Assembly (NCBI RefSeq): GCF_016433145.1
Contig: NC_058131.1
Location: 478,079,242-478,143,241 of the forward strand
DNA: 64,000 nt
Direction of reading: 5' to 3'
DNA from: Gracilinanus agilis
Taxonomy: Eukaryota
Shown here: piece by piece, positions 13,101 to 27,350 of the stretch
Numbering within the stretch: the stretch's first letter is position 1
How the letters are laid out: the number at the start of each line of letters is the position of its first letter
Position numbers and translations under genes: made by a program
The notes under the pieces: generated by a model
What the model was told of the DNA's origin: nothing
Database searches by the model: none
The model's input: only the letters and a program-made list of their open reading frames with translations

Positions 13101-14459
13101 ACAGATGATTGTCAATGGGATTTTCTTGGCAAGGATACTGGAATGGTTAGCCATTTCCCTCTCCAAGTAATTAAGACAAATAGAGGTTAAGTGATTTGCC
13201 CAAGGTCACACAGCTAGAAAGTGTCTGAGACTGGATTTAAACTCCAGTCTTCCTGACTCTGGACCCAGTACCCTATCCACTGAGGCATCTAGCCATCCCT
13301 TGCTATATCACCTAGTTGCCCCTAAATCCCTGGGTCTTAGTTTAATCTCTGGGTCTCAGTTTTCTTCTCCATAAAGTCAAAGCATTGGATAAGATCACCT
13401 ATAAGATTTCAGTTCCAAATTTATTGCCATATGATTTATAAGCATCAGCACCTACAAAAAATGATTTTGTAAGGGTCTTCTCGATTTTAGGTTATGATGA
13501 TAGAAAGAAGTACCCAGTTTTAAGACCATATCAAGCGCCCCCACTACCAACTCAGTGTTTGTGGGTTACTGGAGTCATGAACAACCAAACAATAGCTTGG
13601 AGGTTGGTCCAGCAGAGGAAGGAAAGTGAAAATGATTAAGAAATAAAAGTCCTTCAGGGGTCTGTTTAGGTTTGCTGAACACTGCTTCTAAAAGGATAAA
13701 GATACACAGATAATGTTTGTAAGCCAAGTGCACATACAAAACAGCTTGAAGACTCTCGGGCACTATAGACAGGGCAAAGGGCTCCTGCAGCAGAATTCTG
13801 ACTCCAGAAACAAAGCCAGAGTCAGTGCACAGAACAATAAATCAAAGACACTTTCTTATAGCTCATGATGGCTGCTGAATGGTGAAATTCAATATTCAGT
13901 TGGAATAGACAGGCCCAAAGGCAGTAGTACCAAATTCATCACTAGCTGGGCAAGTCAAAACTTGGTTCTATAGAAGCAAGTGGTAGATTTCCTTGATCTG
14001 AGGAACAGCCACAGCAGGACTGACATTTGATGTTGGGCTAGTTAAGGACCCCTCCTATTTCTTCCTTTAACCACTTCCTTTCCCTCCCTCTGGGAACAGT
14101 GATAGAAATTCGGCCTTCCACATGGCTCATGCTGAGCTGGTGTGGAGTCCTCGAGCTCAGCTTAGTAACAGAGAGAGCTAAACAGTTCTGCTCAAAAATC
14201 CAGCTTCCCCCACGGCGTGGAACAAATCAATAAGAGTGACTAGAAACATTGGAAAGGTTGGGGGGCAGAGAAGAGGGAGAGAGACAGAGAAAGAGACAGA
14301 AACAGAGAGAGACAGAGAGACAAAGACAGAGAAGGAGAGATACAGAGACAGAGAGAGAGAGTTTCCCAGCTCTTTATCCATTCCTCCCTCCCTCCACCAT
14401 TTCATCCCAGGCTCAGACAAATAAATCAAAAGCAAAGCAAAGGATAAGATGGTACTCAC

Positions 14460-14597
14460 GTCTGTGGTTTTCATTTCTGTGGACAGGGGGGGACCGTGTC
14501 TCTTGCTCCCGGGCTTCATCCCCTTCTTCACTGGCTAGGTGAGTGTGAGCATAATGATAGCTGAGCCCTGGCCGGTTCTTGTAGCGTTTACCACAGA
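14460..14597 (-). CDS. DPF3: DPF3 coding exon (about exon 7), 138 bp, phase 1 to 1; C2H2 zinc finger
   Basis: tttctcctttag|TCTGTGGTAAACGC...CCACAGAC|gtgagt; encodes (I)[45 protein letters not shown]; also visible within ORF 14413..14649. Confidence 0.97.
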
Positions 14598-16133
14598 CTA
14601 AAGGAGAAACAAGATAAAGGAAGGGGTAAAGAGGGTGACAGGTCAGCACCTTCTGCTACTCTTGTTTTCATTCTCCAAAATATCACCCACCCCTGCTGAT
14701 TTCAATCCAGAAGACTCCAAGGCTTCTTTAGAAAATAAGTTTCATTTGAAGCTATGATTTATTAAAGCTTTACATGGGACTCATTTTCAACCTGCGATCT
14801 CATCATTACCCTTTCTCTATCCCTCACCTCCAAATAATTCCCACAACTTCCACAATGATGAGCTATAAGATTCAGATATCTTTGATGGATGCTTAAGAGC
14901 TTCAGTTACACAGCCAAGACACTCTGTAACCTAAAGATCTCAAAAGCATTCTTTCCTAACCAGTGCTTTCATTAGCACCTCATTTCAAAAGGAAAAGGCA
15001 AGTATGGCAATCAATACAGGCAAGTCTAAGAGGGAAATGCAAGGAGAAAAGGGAAAAAGGAAGAAACTCTTCCTGGATGGTTGCTCACTAGAAAGTCATC
15101 CAGGTTGTTAAGGGAGCAGAAGTTTGTTAACATACTTTAAGTCAGACTCCCCCACTGAGCCCCACCATGAGCCTTGTACTAAGGTTGGAAGTCTTGGAGG
15201 TCTTTTCACCTGTATGGAAAAAAACAAGTCTCCAAAGTCTAAGCCATGTGCCATGCTATGTCACTCCAAATTTATCCAGGAAATAGCCACACTACCACCC
15301 TCAAGAACACAAACCTTGCCTGTCTACACTAATGCATCTTAATTCTCATTCTGAAGAATTTGAGATTATTAACTGCCATTGCCCCTACAGGCAGGCAAGC
15401 AGAGCTATGCTCTTGGACATTAGTGGTACAGCATAATCTGCCATTGCCATGAAGAACCTGGTATTCCTAAATGCCAGCAATTGCTTTGAAACTGGCCCTT
15501 GACTTTGGCAACTGGACTTTATAGAAATCAGATGCTCATCTTAAATTAATGAATGAAATTAATAGAAATAGGGGAGGGGGAAGGAGGGGAGCACAGGAGA
15601 GGAGACAAGGCAGAGAGGTAGGGAGGAAGAGAGGGATAAAGGAAGAAGAAAGAGGGAAGAAGGTGTGATGTAGTAGTATATAGAATGGAGTCAAAAGACC
15701 TAGATTCAAATCATGCCTGTGATACTTGCTAGATAAGTGACCATAAGCAAGTCATTTAATCTCTCTGAGTTTCAGACAACTCTGAGATTATAAATTATAG
15801 ACCAAATGCAAACTATATCAGTGGAGGGAGTTCCCCAGTGATATAATCAGATTCTTGACTTATAATTGATGTAATATTCCCATGAGTATTATCTTACTTT
15901 CAGCAAAAAAAAAATCATTCACACATTTTCATATGCTTTATCTAACCCTTCAAAAGAGCTCTTGCAACTTCTAAATTTTGTCCATTGGGACAAATAACTA
16001 AGAGAAGAATTCTGATATTTCCTCCTTAAGAGTGAAGGGGAGGGGAGGATAGAATTCTAGATTTAGAGATGGAAGGGACCTTAGAGACCACTAAGTCTAA
16101 CTTTAATTTTACCATTAAAGAAATGGAGTCACA

Positions 16134-16614
16134 TGGAATACTACTGTGCTGAAAGGAATAATGAACTGGAGGAATTCCATGTGAACTGGAAAGACCCCCA
16201 GGAATTGATACAGAGCGAAAGGAGTAGAACCAGGAGAACATTGTACACAGGGACTGATAACACTGTGGCACAATCAAATGTAATGGACTTCTCTACTAGC
16301 AGTAATGCAATAATCCAGGATAATCCAGAGGAATTTAGAAGAAAGAATGCTATCCATATTCAGAGAAAGAAATGTGGGAACAGAAATGCAGAAGAAAAAC
16401 ATATGATCGATCACATAGTTTGATGGGGATGTGATTAGGGTTTTGGTGTTAAAAGATCACTCTACTGCAACTATGAATAACATGGAAATAGGTTTCGAAC
16501 AATGATACATGTATAACCCAGTGCAATTGCTTGTTAGCTCCAGGAGCAGGGAGGGAAGAAGAAGGTGGGGACCATGAATCATGTAACCATGGAAAATATT
16601 CTAAAATTTAAAAA
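16134..16614 (+). mobile_element. 5'-truncated L1 (opossum-type 3' end) inserted in a MIR
   Basis: 17-bp TSD aaagaaatggagtcaca (16117-16133 and 16615-16631); gaaaggagtagaaccaggagaacattgtacacag; A-rich tail. Confidence 0.85.
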
Positions 16615-19379
16615 AAAGAAATGGAGTCACAGAGACTATAAGCAACTTGTACACAAGTATTTAAGTTGGGATCCTTCTGATCCGGGATCCTCCTGATTCC
16701 AAGTCAAAGACTCTCAGGAGTACATAAGGCATCACACACAATTCTTCTTAATGAATGGGTAATAATTTAACTAATGAACTGTCTATCATGTAGAATCAGA
16801 GTAAAACTCAAGCCTGAGATATTTAGAAAATGCTACATTTCCATTCTCCAATTAAAGCATCTCTTTCCATCAGCTGGTCCTTTGTCCTAGGCACCTTTAA
16901 AATCAATGCTTCTAAAAAACTCATATTTAGAAGGAATTCAATCCAACAAAGAAAGTTAATGATTTAAGTGCTTGCTACTTACAAGTTTCTGATGGCATGG
17001 AGCACTGAAGTGCTGTCCTAGGTGCTGAGGTTCAGAGGAAGGAGCAAATTCTGTCCCTATCTACAATTCTCATCATCTTTCCAATTTTGGAAAATGTGCA
17101 CCTGGATCCTATGTTTCTGGCACAGAACAAGCATGGAATGAGGACAAGGGTGACAAGGGCAATCACACCCTATTCCCCTCTATGCTTCTCTCCAGGGTGA
17201 ATCCTTTAGAGAGCAGAAACATTTTTGTCCCCTTTCCAGACCAATAAGATTATCAATGCAGAGCTTATTGTGTACATCCCCCTCTTTCGGCAAAGGGGAA
17301 CTTTCTCCCCACTTTCTTCTTCTTGCCTTCAGCAGGAGAGGCATCTGGGAGCAATTTGAGCAAGGGAACTTAACCCCAGCAGGAAACCTAATTCTGAATG
17401 TACAATGAGAAGAAGCTCTCTTCCTTACTCAATAAAAATGACTTTGCTGAGGTTCTATAAGAGGAGCTTAGAACAGACAGTGGGTAGCTGAGTTAGTTGT
17501 TGTTGTTATTGTTATTTGGCAGGAAAATAAAAGGAATCACCAAAAGCAATTACTCATAGATTTAAGCTTAGATTAAGGAGTCCTAAATCTTGAATCCATC
17601 TGTAAATCAGTTCCTAAAGCATCTTTTTACTCTGGATAACCTACCTCTCTGGGCCTTAACATCCTCATCTATAAAACAGACATAACACTAATCATTAGCT
17701 ATGTTTATAATGTATTAGAAAAGACTTGGATGGTGCTGATGAAATCAAAGATGGTACCCAATTTTTAAAGGAAATCAAGAATTCTACAGCCATATAGATA
17801 AAAGGAAGACACTATACCAGCTGTTCAACATTCTCTTACCAAATAAGCTGGTGTTACATAGACACAACATATCACAAATTCTTCTAATTAGAAGAAACCT
17901 TAACAGTCACGTAGTCTAATCTCTTACCCAATGCAAAAAAAATCCCTTATAACATCCCTAACAAATGGTCATATGGCCAATGGAGCTGGAGGACAAGAGC
18001 CATAGCAGAAAACTATATATACCAAATATCCTCCAAACACTTGAATAAATTAATTTGCATTGATCCAACATATTTAAATAACAAGAAAACAATCACTGAA
18101 GAAAGACAGATCCTAATGGTCCAGACTGTTGAGAAGCTTGTGACTACAATGATCCAGGATGTATACATGGCAGTTGCACTTACAGTAATGTACATATTAA
18201 GAAAAAACAAATGAACCCCGGATAGTGCAAGCACAATTTGCAAAATAAGGGTAGTTCAGTTCAAACAAGAAGATGGCAGACTGAACCTTCTATAGTTCCT
18301 GTCAAATATAATAAGTCAATAATGTTGAATGTAGTAGGCATGATACCCAAACAAAACAAAGCAGAAGATGGTGGCCAAAATCTTCAACAAAGCAGAATTC
18401 TTGAAAAAAAACAAAACAATCCATTGACATACGTTTATTAAATAACTACTCTGTGCCAGACACTCTGCTAGGTCCTACTGAGACAGACAAAAAAATATGA
18501 GTTCCTGTTCTCAAGTGTGTTACCTTCTATAGAGGGGGAAGGAAGATAGGTTAAGTATTTTTTTAAAATCCACGGTGATATTTTTTAAGAACAAAGAGGC
18601 ACTAGCAGCTAGGGAATCAGGAAAGTCCTAGTTTAGAAGGTGACTTAATCCAACCCTTAAAGGTAACCAGCAATTTTACAAGAGGAGGAAAAGAGACATT
18701 CTACCTATAGAATAGAGTCAATGCAATGCCGCTGAGATAGGAGATGGAATGTGTTATGTTAGAGGTAATAAGAAGGGCATTTTGGCTAACCCAAAAGTGC
18801 ATGAAAGAGAGTAAAGGTAGTAAGAAGCTAATGGAGTTTACTGAAGAAGGGAGTGGGATAGTCAGATCTCTGCTTTGGAAATGTCATTTCAGCAGTTTTG
18901 TGGAGAATAAATTAGAGAAGGGGCAGACTTGAAGCATGAAAACTAATAAGGAGGGTATTACAATAGCCCAGGCAAAATATGATGAGAGTCTGAACTAGAG
19001 TAGTGGCCAAATGAGTAGAGAGAAGGAGACAGATATGAAAAATACTCAAAAGTTCATAAGACTGGAAAACATCTTAGAGGAAATTTTATCCAACTCCTAG
19101 TGAGGCACAGAAAAGGTAAGTGATTTGTCTAATCATGTAGTTCATAATTATCTGAGGTAGTATTGGAATCTAGGGCTTCCCAATTACATTTGATGGTGGC
19201 AGGAGGAGGGAAGGGTGAAAGCATTTAATGAGTACCTACTATGTGCTAAGCATTGTGTTAATCACTTTACAAATATTTCATTTGATATTCAAACAACCCT
19301 GGGAGTTAGATACTATTATTAGCTCTGTCTTACAGTTGAGGAAACTGAAGCAGACAGTTAAAGTGATTTGTCTAGAGTC

Positions 19380-19625
19380 ACTTCTTTTTTAAAATTTATT
19401 TATTTATTTAGAATATTTTTCCATGGCCACACAATTCATATTCTTTCCCTCCCCCTTCCTGGAGCTGGCAAGCAATTCCACTGGGTTATACATGTATCAT
19501 TGTTCAAAATCTATTTCCATATTATTAATATTTGCAATACAGTGATCACTTAAAGTCAAAATCCCTAATCATATATCTATCAAACCAGGTGATTAATCAT
19601 ATGTTTTTCATTTGCATTTCTACTT
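19380..19625 (-). mobile_element. L1 3'-terminal fragment
   Basis: T-rich start ttttaaaatttatttatttatttagaatatttttccatgg..., reverse complement of an opossum L1-type tail, inserted in a MIR. Confidence 0.65.
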
Positions 19626-20064
19626 AGGGTCACTTCTAACTACCTTACTCTCCTTCATGTACTCTGGTATAACCAAAATATCCTTCTTGCTGACTCTTAC
19701 ATACCACATTCCACTTATTTAGCTAGTAAATGTCTGGGTTCAAATTGGAATTCAGGTCTTCCTGACTCCAAGTCTAGGGCCTCTTCACACTCAGCCACCT
19801 AGCTACTTGAACTTGAAATTGCAACAGGGCAAAAGCCACATTAGGTCCAGCACCAACATGGTGAACCCCCAAGAGAAGGCAACTAGACTCAGGTAGGAAA
19901 AGTAGAACAAGTTAAAACTTCTGTGCTCACCAATATTGGGATCAGGTCCATTAGTGGCCATTGCACTTCTAGCCTGGGAGGCTAGGGAGACAAGTCTCTA
20001 AAAGATAGTCGTCATAATTGTAGTACTAGTATTAGTGGTGGTGACAGCAATAATGATCATGATA

Positions 20065-20093
20065 ATGATGATGATGATGATGATGATGATGAT
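20065..20093. repeat. (GAT)n microsatellite
   Basis: Direct reading. Confidence 0.9.
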
Positions 20094-23000
20094 AAGAAGG
20101 AGAAGGGGAAAAGGAGAAAAAGGGAGAAAGAAGAAGGAAGNNNNNNNNNNNNNNNNNNNNNNNNNNNNNNNNNNNNNNNNNNNNNNNNNNNNNNNNNNNN
20201 NNNNNNNNNNNNNNNNNNNNNNNNNNNNNNNNNNNNNNNNNNNNNNNNNNNNNNNNNNNNNNNNNNNNNNNNNNNNNNNNNNNNNNNNNNNNNNNNNNNN
20301 NNNNNNNNNNNNNNNNNNNNNNNNNNNNNNNNNNNNNNNNNNNNNNNNNNNNNNNNNNNNNNNNNNNNNNNNNNNNNNNNNNNNNTAATTATGAAAGTAG
20401 CTTATCTTCTTGAATCACCTTACCAAAGAATCTTATATAGCAAGATTCCATCTCTTCTTTCTATAAAATTATAAAACCCACTATTCAAAAATTTAGCATG
20501 AACAGTAAATTATTCCAAATACTTCTCTGCTTTTCAGGATTTCAAAGATGGTATGGTAACTTTAAGTAAACCTCCTCTCCTTTTGCCACAGAGCTACTAT
20601 TTGCCTGATGGTCCTGTCACAAAAGGAAATATGAATAGTATGAAAGAATCATCTTTATCAATCCATAATGGCTCCTGATATCAACATTTCTATTTCTAAG
20701 TAGCCATAAACCTTCAGTTTAATAACTTCTATAGACCAAGAAAGGATAGCTAGGTGGCATTTTAGACAGAGCACCAAGCCTGAGATCAGAAAGATTCATC
20801 ATGTTCCCCACGAAAGGGGCTTTATTCTCAACTCTACCCAAGCCATCAAAATCTGGCAATTTAGACATTTGTTGATACTATTTCCTCTCTTTGACAGTCC
20901 AAGGGCTTGGTAACCACTTGAAATTATTTTCCCCACCCCACCATTCAAGTGTTGGGAAAGTACTGCTTGTTTCCATTCCTAAATCCCCCAAACCCAAGAT
21001 AGAATACAAAGAAAGTGTGAAGGAAACAGCAAGAAATCAAGTTTAATTGACATAAAGGATTCATGAAAAGAAGCAGTAGGAGATAGGATGACTTAAGGTC
21101 AAATTATCAAGAGCCTTGAATACTAGGCAAAAGAATTTAGCTTTTATTTAGTAGATAATGGGAGAACCACTGAAGTGCTGAGCAGAGGAGTGATTTGATC
21201 ATAGCTATGTTTTAAGAAGACTAATCTGATAGCATGAAATGTTGATTAGATGGGATAAAAATTGAAGACAAATGAAAGAATTAAGAGTGGTCTAGATAAG
21301 TGATGAGGGCCTTAATTAGGCAGCAGTAGTATTTGGAAGGGGGAGAAGGGTATATACATGAATATAGGAAGAGAAAGATTAAGGTTCATCAACTAACCGG
21401 GTATGAAGGGGGAGGGAAGAAAAAGAAGATCAAGAGTGAACCTAGGATCACTGGCCTGAGTGCCTTCTATTGATGATGGCATCAATAGAAGAGGTTAAGA
21501 GAAAAAAATTCAGTTAAGTAAGAGGCATCTGCAAAGAATGAAAGTAGTTACGAGAGAGGAGTTTATGATTTTTAGTCTTTCAGTCAATTTTCAGACATGT
21601 CCAATGCTTCATTAACCCATTCTGGATTTTGCTGACAAAAATACTGGAGTAGTTTGCTATCTCATTCTCCAGTTCATTTTGCAGATGAAGAACTGAGAGT
21701 TAAGTGACTTATCTAAGGTCACATAGCTAGTAAGTGTCTGAGGCCAGATTTGAACTTAGGAAGATTACCCTTCCTGACTCCAGATCCAGAACTCTATCCA
21801 CTGTGCCACCTAACTGCCCCTATCTTTTAAAGAAATGGACAATATTTAGAGAAACTACTATGGAGAGTGGAAAAAGATTCATGATAAATGAAAGTGACGT
21901 AGACAAAAATTAAGTGGGATCAAACAGCATAAATTAATAATTGAGTTCATTACCCTAATTTCAGACTGTCTCTAGAAGGATAGGCTATTTAGACATTTTG
22001 AAATGCTTTCCTTGAACTCAAGAGACAAAACAAGGTTGAGAATACAATTTGGGAGTAACAAGCATAGAGGTTATAAGATAATAGCTTTAGAGCTGGAAGG
22101 AACCACAGAGGCCATCTGGTCCAACCTTCTTATTTTATAAATCAGGAAACAGAGGCACAGGAAATAACTTGTCCATGGTCACATAGCTAACGAGTATCAG
22201 AGATGAGATTTGAACCCAGATATTCCTGACTCCAAGTCCAGAAGATGGCTAAAATTACTACAGGAAAAAATACAGACAGAAGATAAAAGTGAGCTGAGAA
22301 CAGAGCTATGAAGGGTATCAAAAATCAGGGGAGTAGAAGAGAAAAAGGAGTCACAGAAGATGCAAACTTGGACAAAAGAGGAGAACTGAAGTTTCAAGGA
22401 ATAGGTGATCAACAGGGACAAAGGCAAAAATTAAAGAAAATGAGAAGGGCTAGCTAAGTTACATAGTGGAGAACACTGGGCCTGGAGTCAGGAGGAGCTG
22501 AGTTCAAATTTAGCCTCAGATAGTTACTAGCTGTGTGACCCTGAGCAAGTCACTTAACCCTATTGGCCTCAGTTTCCTCATCTGTAAAATGAGCTGGAGA
22601 AGGAAACAACCCATTTCAATATCTTTGCCAAGAAAACCCCAAATGGAATCACAAAGAGTCAGACACAACTAACTGGCAAAAACAAAGGCAAAAAATGGAA
22701 ATTAAGCCTTAGAAAGAACAGTTTGGGGAAAATTAAGGGTGCGGATTGTAAGAGGCTAAGCAGTGAATGGGTAATGAGGTAGTAAGGGCAGGGCACAGAC
22801 TACTCTTTTGTAATATTGACTAAGAAGGGAATAAGATAGATGGAATAGTAACTTGAAAGAATAGCAGAGTTGAGTTGGATCTTTTTTAAGACAGAAAATA
22901 CCAAAATGTTTTTATGGGTGAAGGGAAAGAAATCAGAAGAAAGGGAAAGAATGCAGAGTCAAAGAGAAAATTATTTGAACACTAATTACCCTGGGGAAGG

Positions 23001-23530
23001 AGATGAGATTTTTTTATTACACAACTACCATGACAGTGATAGCAATATGACAATAGCTCACATTTAGATAATTGAAGTGCTTTCTATATAATATCTTATC
23101 CAAACCTTACAACAAGCCTTTGAGCTCACTACTTTTAGTATCCACAGAGAATGAATGACTTACTTACTCAGGGTCACATAGTAAGTATGTGAGGCAGGAT
23201 TTGAACTCAGTCTTCCTGAGTCCAAAATCTGGCTTTCTACTACTCTCTCTACAAGAAAAAGAAGAGAAATATTGTTTCTTTTGAGACAGAAAAGAAGCAA
23301 AAAGAATATGAGGCATTTGGTGGGGTGAGACAAGTTAAGATTGCTTATGTCTTATAACCCCAAATGTCTCAGTAAAGTATGAAAAATGTCCATTTGCAGA
23401 GAGTTAGAGAAATGAGGCAGAAGCAGGGGATCTGAGGAGAATAGGGGAAAAAATTTGGAACAGCTGCTGTGGGAAATGCCATAACGCCTCTGAAGAAAGA
23501 TGGAAGGTTAACATATCACCCTATTATCAA

Positions 23531-23531
<1 letters not shown>

Positions 23532-23578
<47 letters not shown>

Positions 23579-23582
23579 ACAC
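23532..23582. repeat. (AC)n microsatellite
   Basis: Direct reading. Confidence 0.95.
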
Positions 23583-25614
23583 CTTAATATGGATTAATGA
23601 GGCACTTTCCCCACCTTGATATGGACGAGTTTAGAGATATTTTCTTCCCAGATGGCTAAATGAAAACAAATATTGAGAGAAGGGGAGCTTTGATAGAGAG
23701 AGGAAAGGGAATAATAAAAATACAATAGAAATAACTGGCATTTATTTATCTCTTTAAAGGTTGCAAACCACTTTATATATCCTTTCTCATTTGAGCCTCC
23801 TAATAATCCTTTTTGGTAGGTCCTACAAATATTTACATCCCCATTTTATAGATGAAGAAATGGAGGTTCAGAGAAAGGAGGAAAGAAGGAAAGAAGCATT
23901 TATTAAGTGCCTACTATGCACCAAGTATTGTGCTGAGTGTTTTCACAAACATCTCATTTGATACTCACAACTCTGGGAAGTAGGGATAGTAGGAAGTATT
24001 ATCCCTATTTTACAGTTAGGGAAACTGAGGCAGACAATGGTGAGGTGAGTTCCCCATGGATCACCCAGCTGGTGAGTGTGATTTGAAGGCAAATCTTCCT
24101 GGCTTCCTGGGCAGCTAGGTGGTGCAATGGGTAGAGTACTTGGCCTGGAATCAGGAAGACCTAAATTCAAATATGGCCTCAGATACCAGCAGTGAGACCC
24201 TAAGCAAGTCACTTATCCCTATTTGCTTCCATTTCCTCATCTGTAAAATGAGCTGGAAAAAAAATACCAAACCCCTCCAGTATCTTTGCCAAGAAAACCT
24301 TAAATGGTGCCACAATCAAACATGACTAGATAACAAACAAAATAAAATAAAATAAAGACTGACTCCAATTTCAGACCTAACACGAGTAATTTTGTAACAG
24401 GAAGACTCAGGAGACCAGAGGAAACACCCCCAGAACTTATAAGTTTAAATGGGAATCATTGCATTTACACACAGTGTCTTGAACATATCAGAAGCTTAAT
24501 TAATATTTATTTCCATTCTTCCTACTTCCCAAGGAATATTCGATAATCAAGAACAGAATCATAAAAGTACTTGAGAAGTGAAAAAAAGAAGAGGTACCAG
24601 AAAAAAGTGTAAGGTTGTCTGGCTCCCAGGACAAAACTATCTACTTCACAGTTTTGCTCAGAGTGGGTCCTTTTCACTGGTGTTACACACCCCAGCTTTG
24701 TAGTAACAAAAAGACACGATCTATCTGGGATCCAGCAAATGCTCCAGGCACTGCTCTAGGAATCAACTTTCTGGGGGCAGTGAGTCTTGTCACCAGCTCT
24801 TTCTCACCCCTCACCCCCAGCCTAATATCTGCAACACAATGGAGAGAAATAAAACTGGATTGTCAAACACCGATTCCCTTCATTGCCAAGAATCAGGGAC
24901 TGAAGGTCATGTCCAAGCTGTACTAAATTTATAGCTAGAAACAACCTTTGGCACCATCCAGTCTAACATTCTCAATTCTATAAAAGAAGAAACCAATGTT
25001 CTACGGTCGTGCAGGATTTGAATTCAGGTCTCCCTGACTCCAAGACCAATGTTCAATCCCTTATGTCACCTGGCTGGTAGCTAGTGGTGATAAGCCTCTC
25101 CAAACTTTGGTTGGCTCGTCCATTAATGATAGAAATACAAGCCAGCTCTAGGCTCATTCGTGAAGTCTTTCCCAGCATGGTAGTCCTTGTCAACATTTGT
25201 ATTCTATTGGCATAGACTCAGAGCCACATCCAGCCAAGAGAGCATCAAAGTAGGACTTTAGTGGAGTAGTGAGCTTATATGGTTAATGAGGGGCAGATAG
25301 AGGACCAGAACCCATTAGCTATTCTCACTAGAAAGAGAAAATAGTATAAATTCTTTCCTTCCTGTCCAAGAAAATGGCGCATGTTTCCTTCGGTCCTTAC
25401 TGAAAAACTGGGGTTATGCACTGGCTATGTTCATCACATTGGCATCATATTGGCATCAATAATAAATAAATTGCCATCCAATCAAAACTCCATAAACAAT
25501 ATGGAAAGTGAAGAGTGGACCTATAATTTCACTGGTATAGAGGATTTACAGGTGAGTTTCAGACTTGCCTAGAACACTGAGAGGTGCTATATACATAGAT
25601 AGAAAAGAGAGAAG

Positions 25615-25618
<4 letters not shown>

Positions 25619-25666
<48 letters not shown>
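25619..25666. repeat. (TG)n microsatellite
   Basis: Direct reading. Confidence 0.95.
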
Positions 25667-25669
<3 letters not shown>

Positions 25670-25785
25670 TTCTTGGGGTTACACATATAGCATATGTTAG
25701 AACTAGGACTAGAAACTTTATCTTTGAGGCCAAATCTCTATCTGCTACATCATGCTATCTATCTATTGCAATAATAAGGAAGTCA

Positions 25786-25985
25786 GGAGGCAGCTGGGTG
25801 GCCCAATGGATTAAGAGCCAGGCCCAGAGATGGGAGATCCTGGGTTCAAATCTGACCTCAGACACTTCCTAGCTGTGTGACCCTGGGCAAGTCACTTAAC
25901 CCCCACTGCCTAGCCCTTACCACTCTTCTGCCTTTAAATCAATGCACAGTATTGATTCTAAGATGGAAGGTAAGGGTTTTTTTTA
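25786..25985 (+). mobile_element. SINE1_Mdo-type SINE
   Basis: ggcagctgggtggcccaatgg...ctgtgtgaccctgggcaagtcacttaacccc...gatggaaggtaagggtttt. Confidence 0.9.
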
Positions 25986-26869
25986 ATAAATATTTTTTTA
26001 ATAAATAAATAATGAAGAGGTACGGGGCAGCTAGGTAGCACAGTAGATTGAGCACAAGGAGGACCCAAGTTCAAATTTGACCTCAGGCACTTTCTAGCTG
26101 CATGCCTCTGGACAAATCCCTTAACCGTGTCTGCCTAGCCTTTACCTCTCTTATGACTTAATATCTATTTTAAGAAAGAAGGTAAGGGTCTTGAGACTAA
26201 TAATAATGAGATCAATTACAATGGCCATCTGATGGAAGAATTCCTAGAGATTAGAGTTCTTCCAGACCAGAAGAGCCCTAGTTAAGCCAAGGGATAAAGA
26301 AAAGCCTGGGAAATTACAGGCCAGGCATCTCCAGGTTTGAATCAGGCAGGATTCATGTCTATTCAATTCAACAAATATTTCAGTTCAATTGAATGGATCT
26401 CCCAGGCTATCACATGCAGTTGCTTTGTTTATGGGTGACAGGTGGGAAAGATGAGAAATAAGCTCTCATCTCCAAAGCCCTTCTTTTGGCAAGAAATTGA
26501 AAAAGGAAAAAACAACACCTTAACTCCCAAACTTGGCAAACTGGTAATGTAATTAATAAAGCAATAGCATTGTGATTACTTGCAGGAAAATAAAGTATAA
26601 GGCCAGAGGCACTATGAATGGGTCAAAAAAAACCAATTCACAACATTCAAATAATTGACTATTTTTCTGAAACAGGATACCCAGTGGCTACATGAAGGCA
26701 AAAGACAAAATATCTATCACCTGGCATTAGTAACCAAAGTACTTAATACTCTTCCATCTGCCCTCCTCCTAGGGGAAATTGGAAATGAGAATACAATCGA
26801 ACAGCTATACTAGGAAATAAATACCAAGGCTGGTTAAACAAAATCAAACTTGAAAAATAATCATTAAGC

Positions 26870-27350
26870 AATCCACATCTATACTGGAAGAAGTGATGCA
26901 TGGGGACTCATAAGGGTCTCTTCTGGGTCCAAGATCACTTGATATTTTCATTAATGACTCCAAAGATGGAGTAGGGAATTATGCAAATCCAACTGGCAGA
27001 TAATATGAAGATGGCAGGGATTGCAAATCTGTGGAGAATGGAATTTAACTTCTGTGCAACCTTAGGAAATTTGTCCTTATTGAATCTTGTATATTGAAGT
27101 CACATATTATTGCATATCTTTATTGAGATTCAATAGGGCAAATAAAGTGATTGATGGAGAAAGAAGCCACCAAATGCATAAATGTAAAATAGCACGCACC
27201 TGGCAGGGTATCAGTGCCAGTATCAAAAATGAAGAGGTTCGGGAGCTTGTAGGAGATGGAGTACACAAAGCATTGGTACTGCCAAAATATGTCAGTGTAC
27301 CACAGAATAGAGTTGTATTCAGAGAATAGCCAGTGTGCTTGTGTTATGTT
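26870..27350 (+). mobile_element. L3/CR1 RT fragment
   Basis: gatattttcattaatgac...ggcagataatatgaagatggcagggattgcaaat, a decayed FINDL...ADDTKL.G.AN motif. Confidence 0.6.

Noticed and set aside
1-14459. Next DPF3 exon (PQKGPDG..., first PHD finger)
   Set aside because: I did not find it by eye; it presumably lies beyond the window start or in a gap.
14413-14649. 78-aa ORF as a standalone gene
   Set aside because: Only 14460-14597 is exonic DPF3; the ORF start and end are intronic read-through.
16983-16988. 6-nt microexon candidate (catcag|AAACTT|gtaagt)
   Set aside because: The pyrimidine tract is weak and it cannot be distinguished from chance without RNA data.
20424-20460. 37-nt pseudo-exon with ttttatag and gtaagg sites
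   Set aside because: It causes a frameshift, has no supporting motif context, and such pairs are common by chance in large introns.
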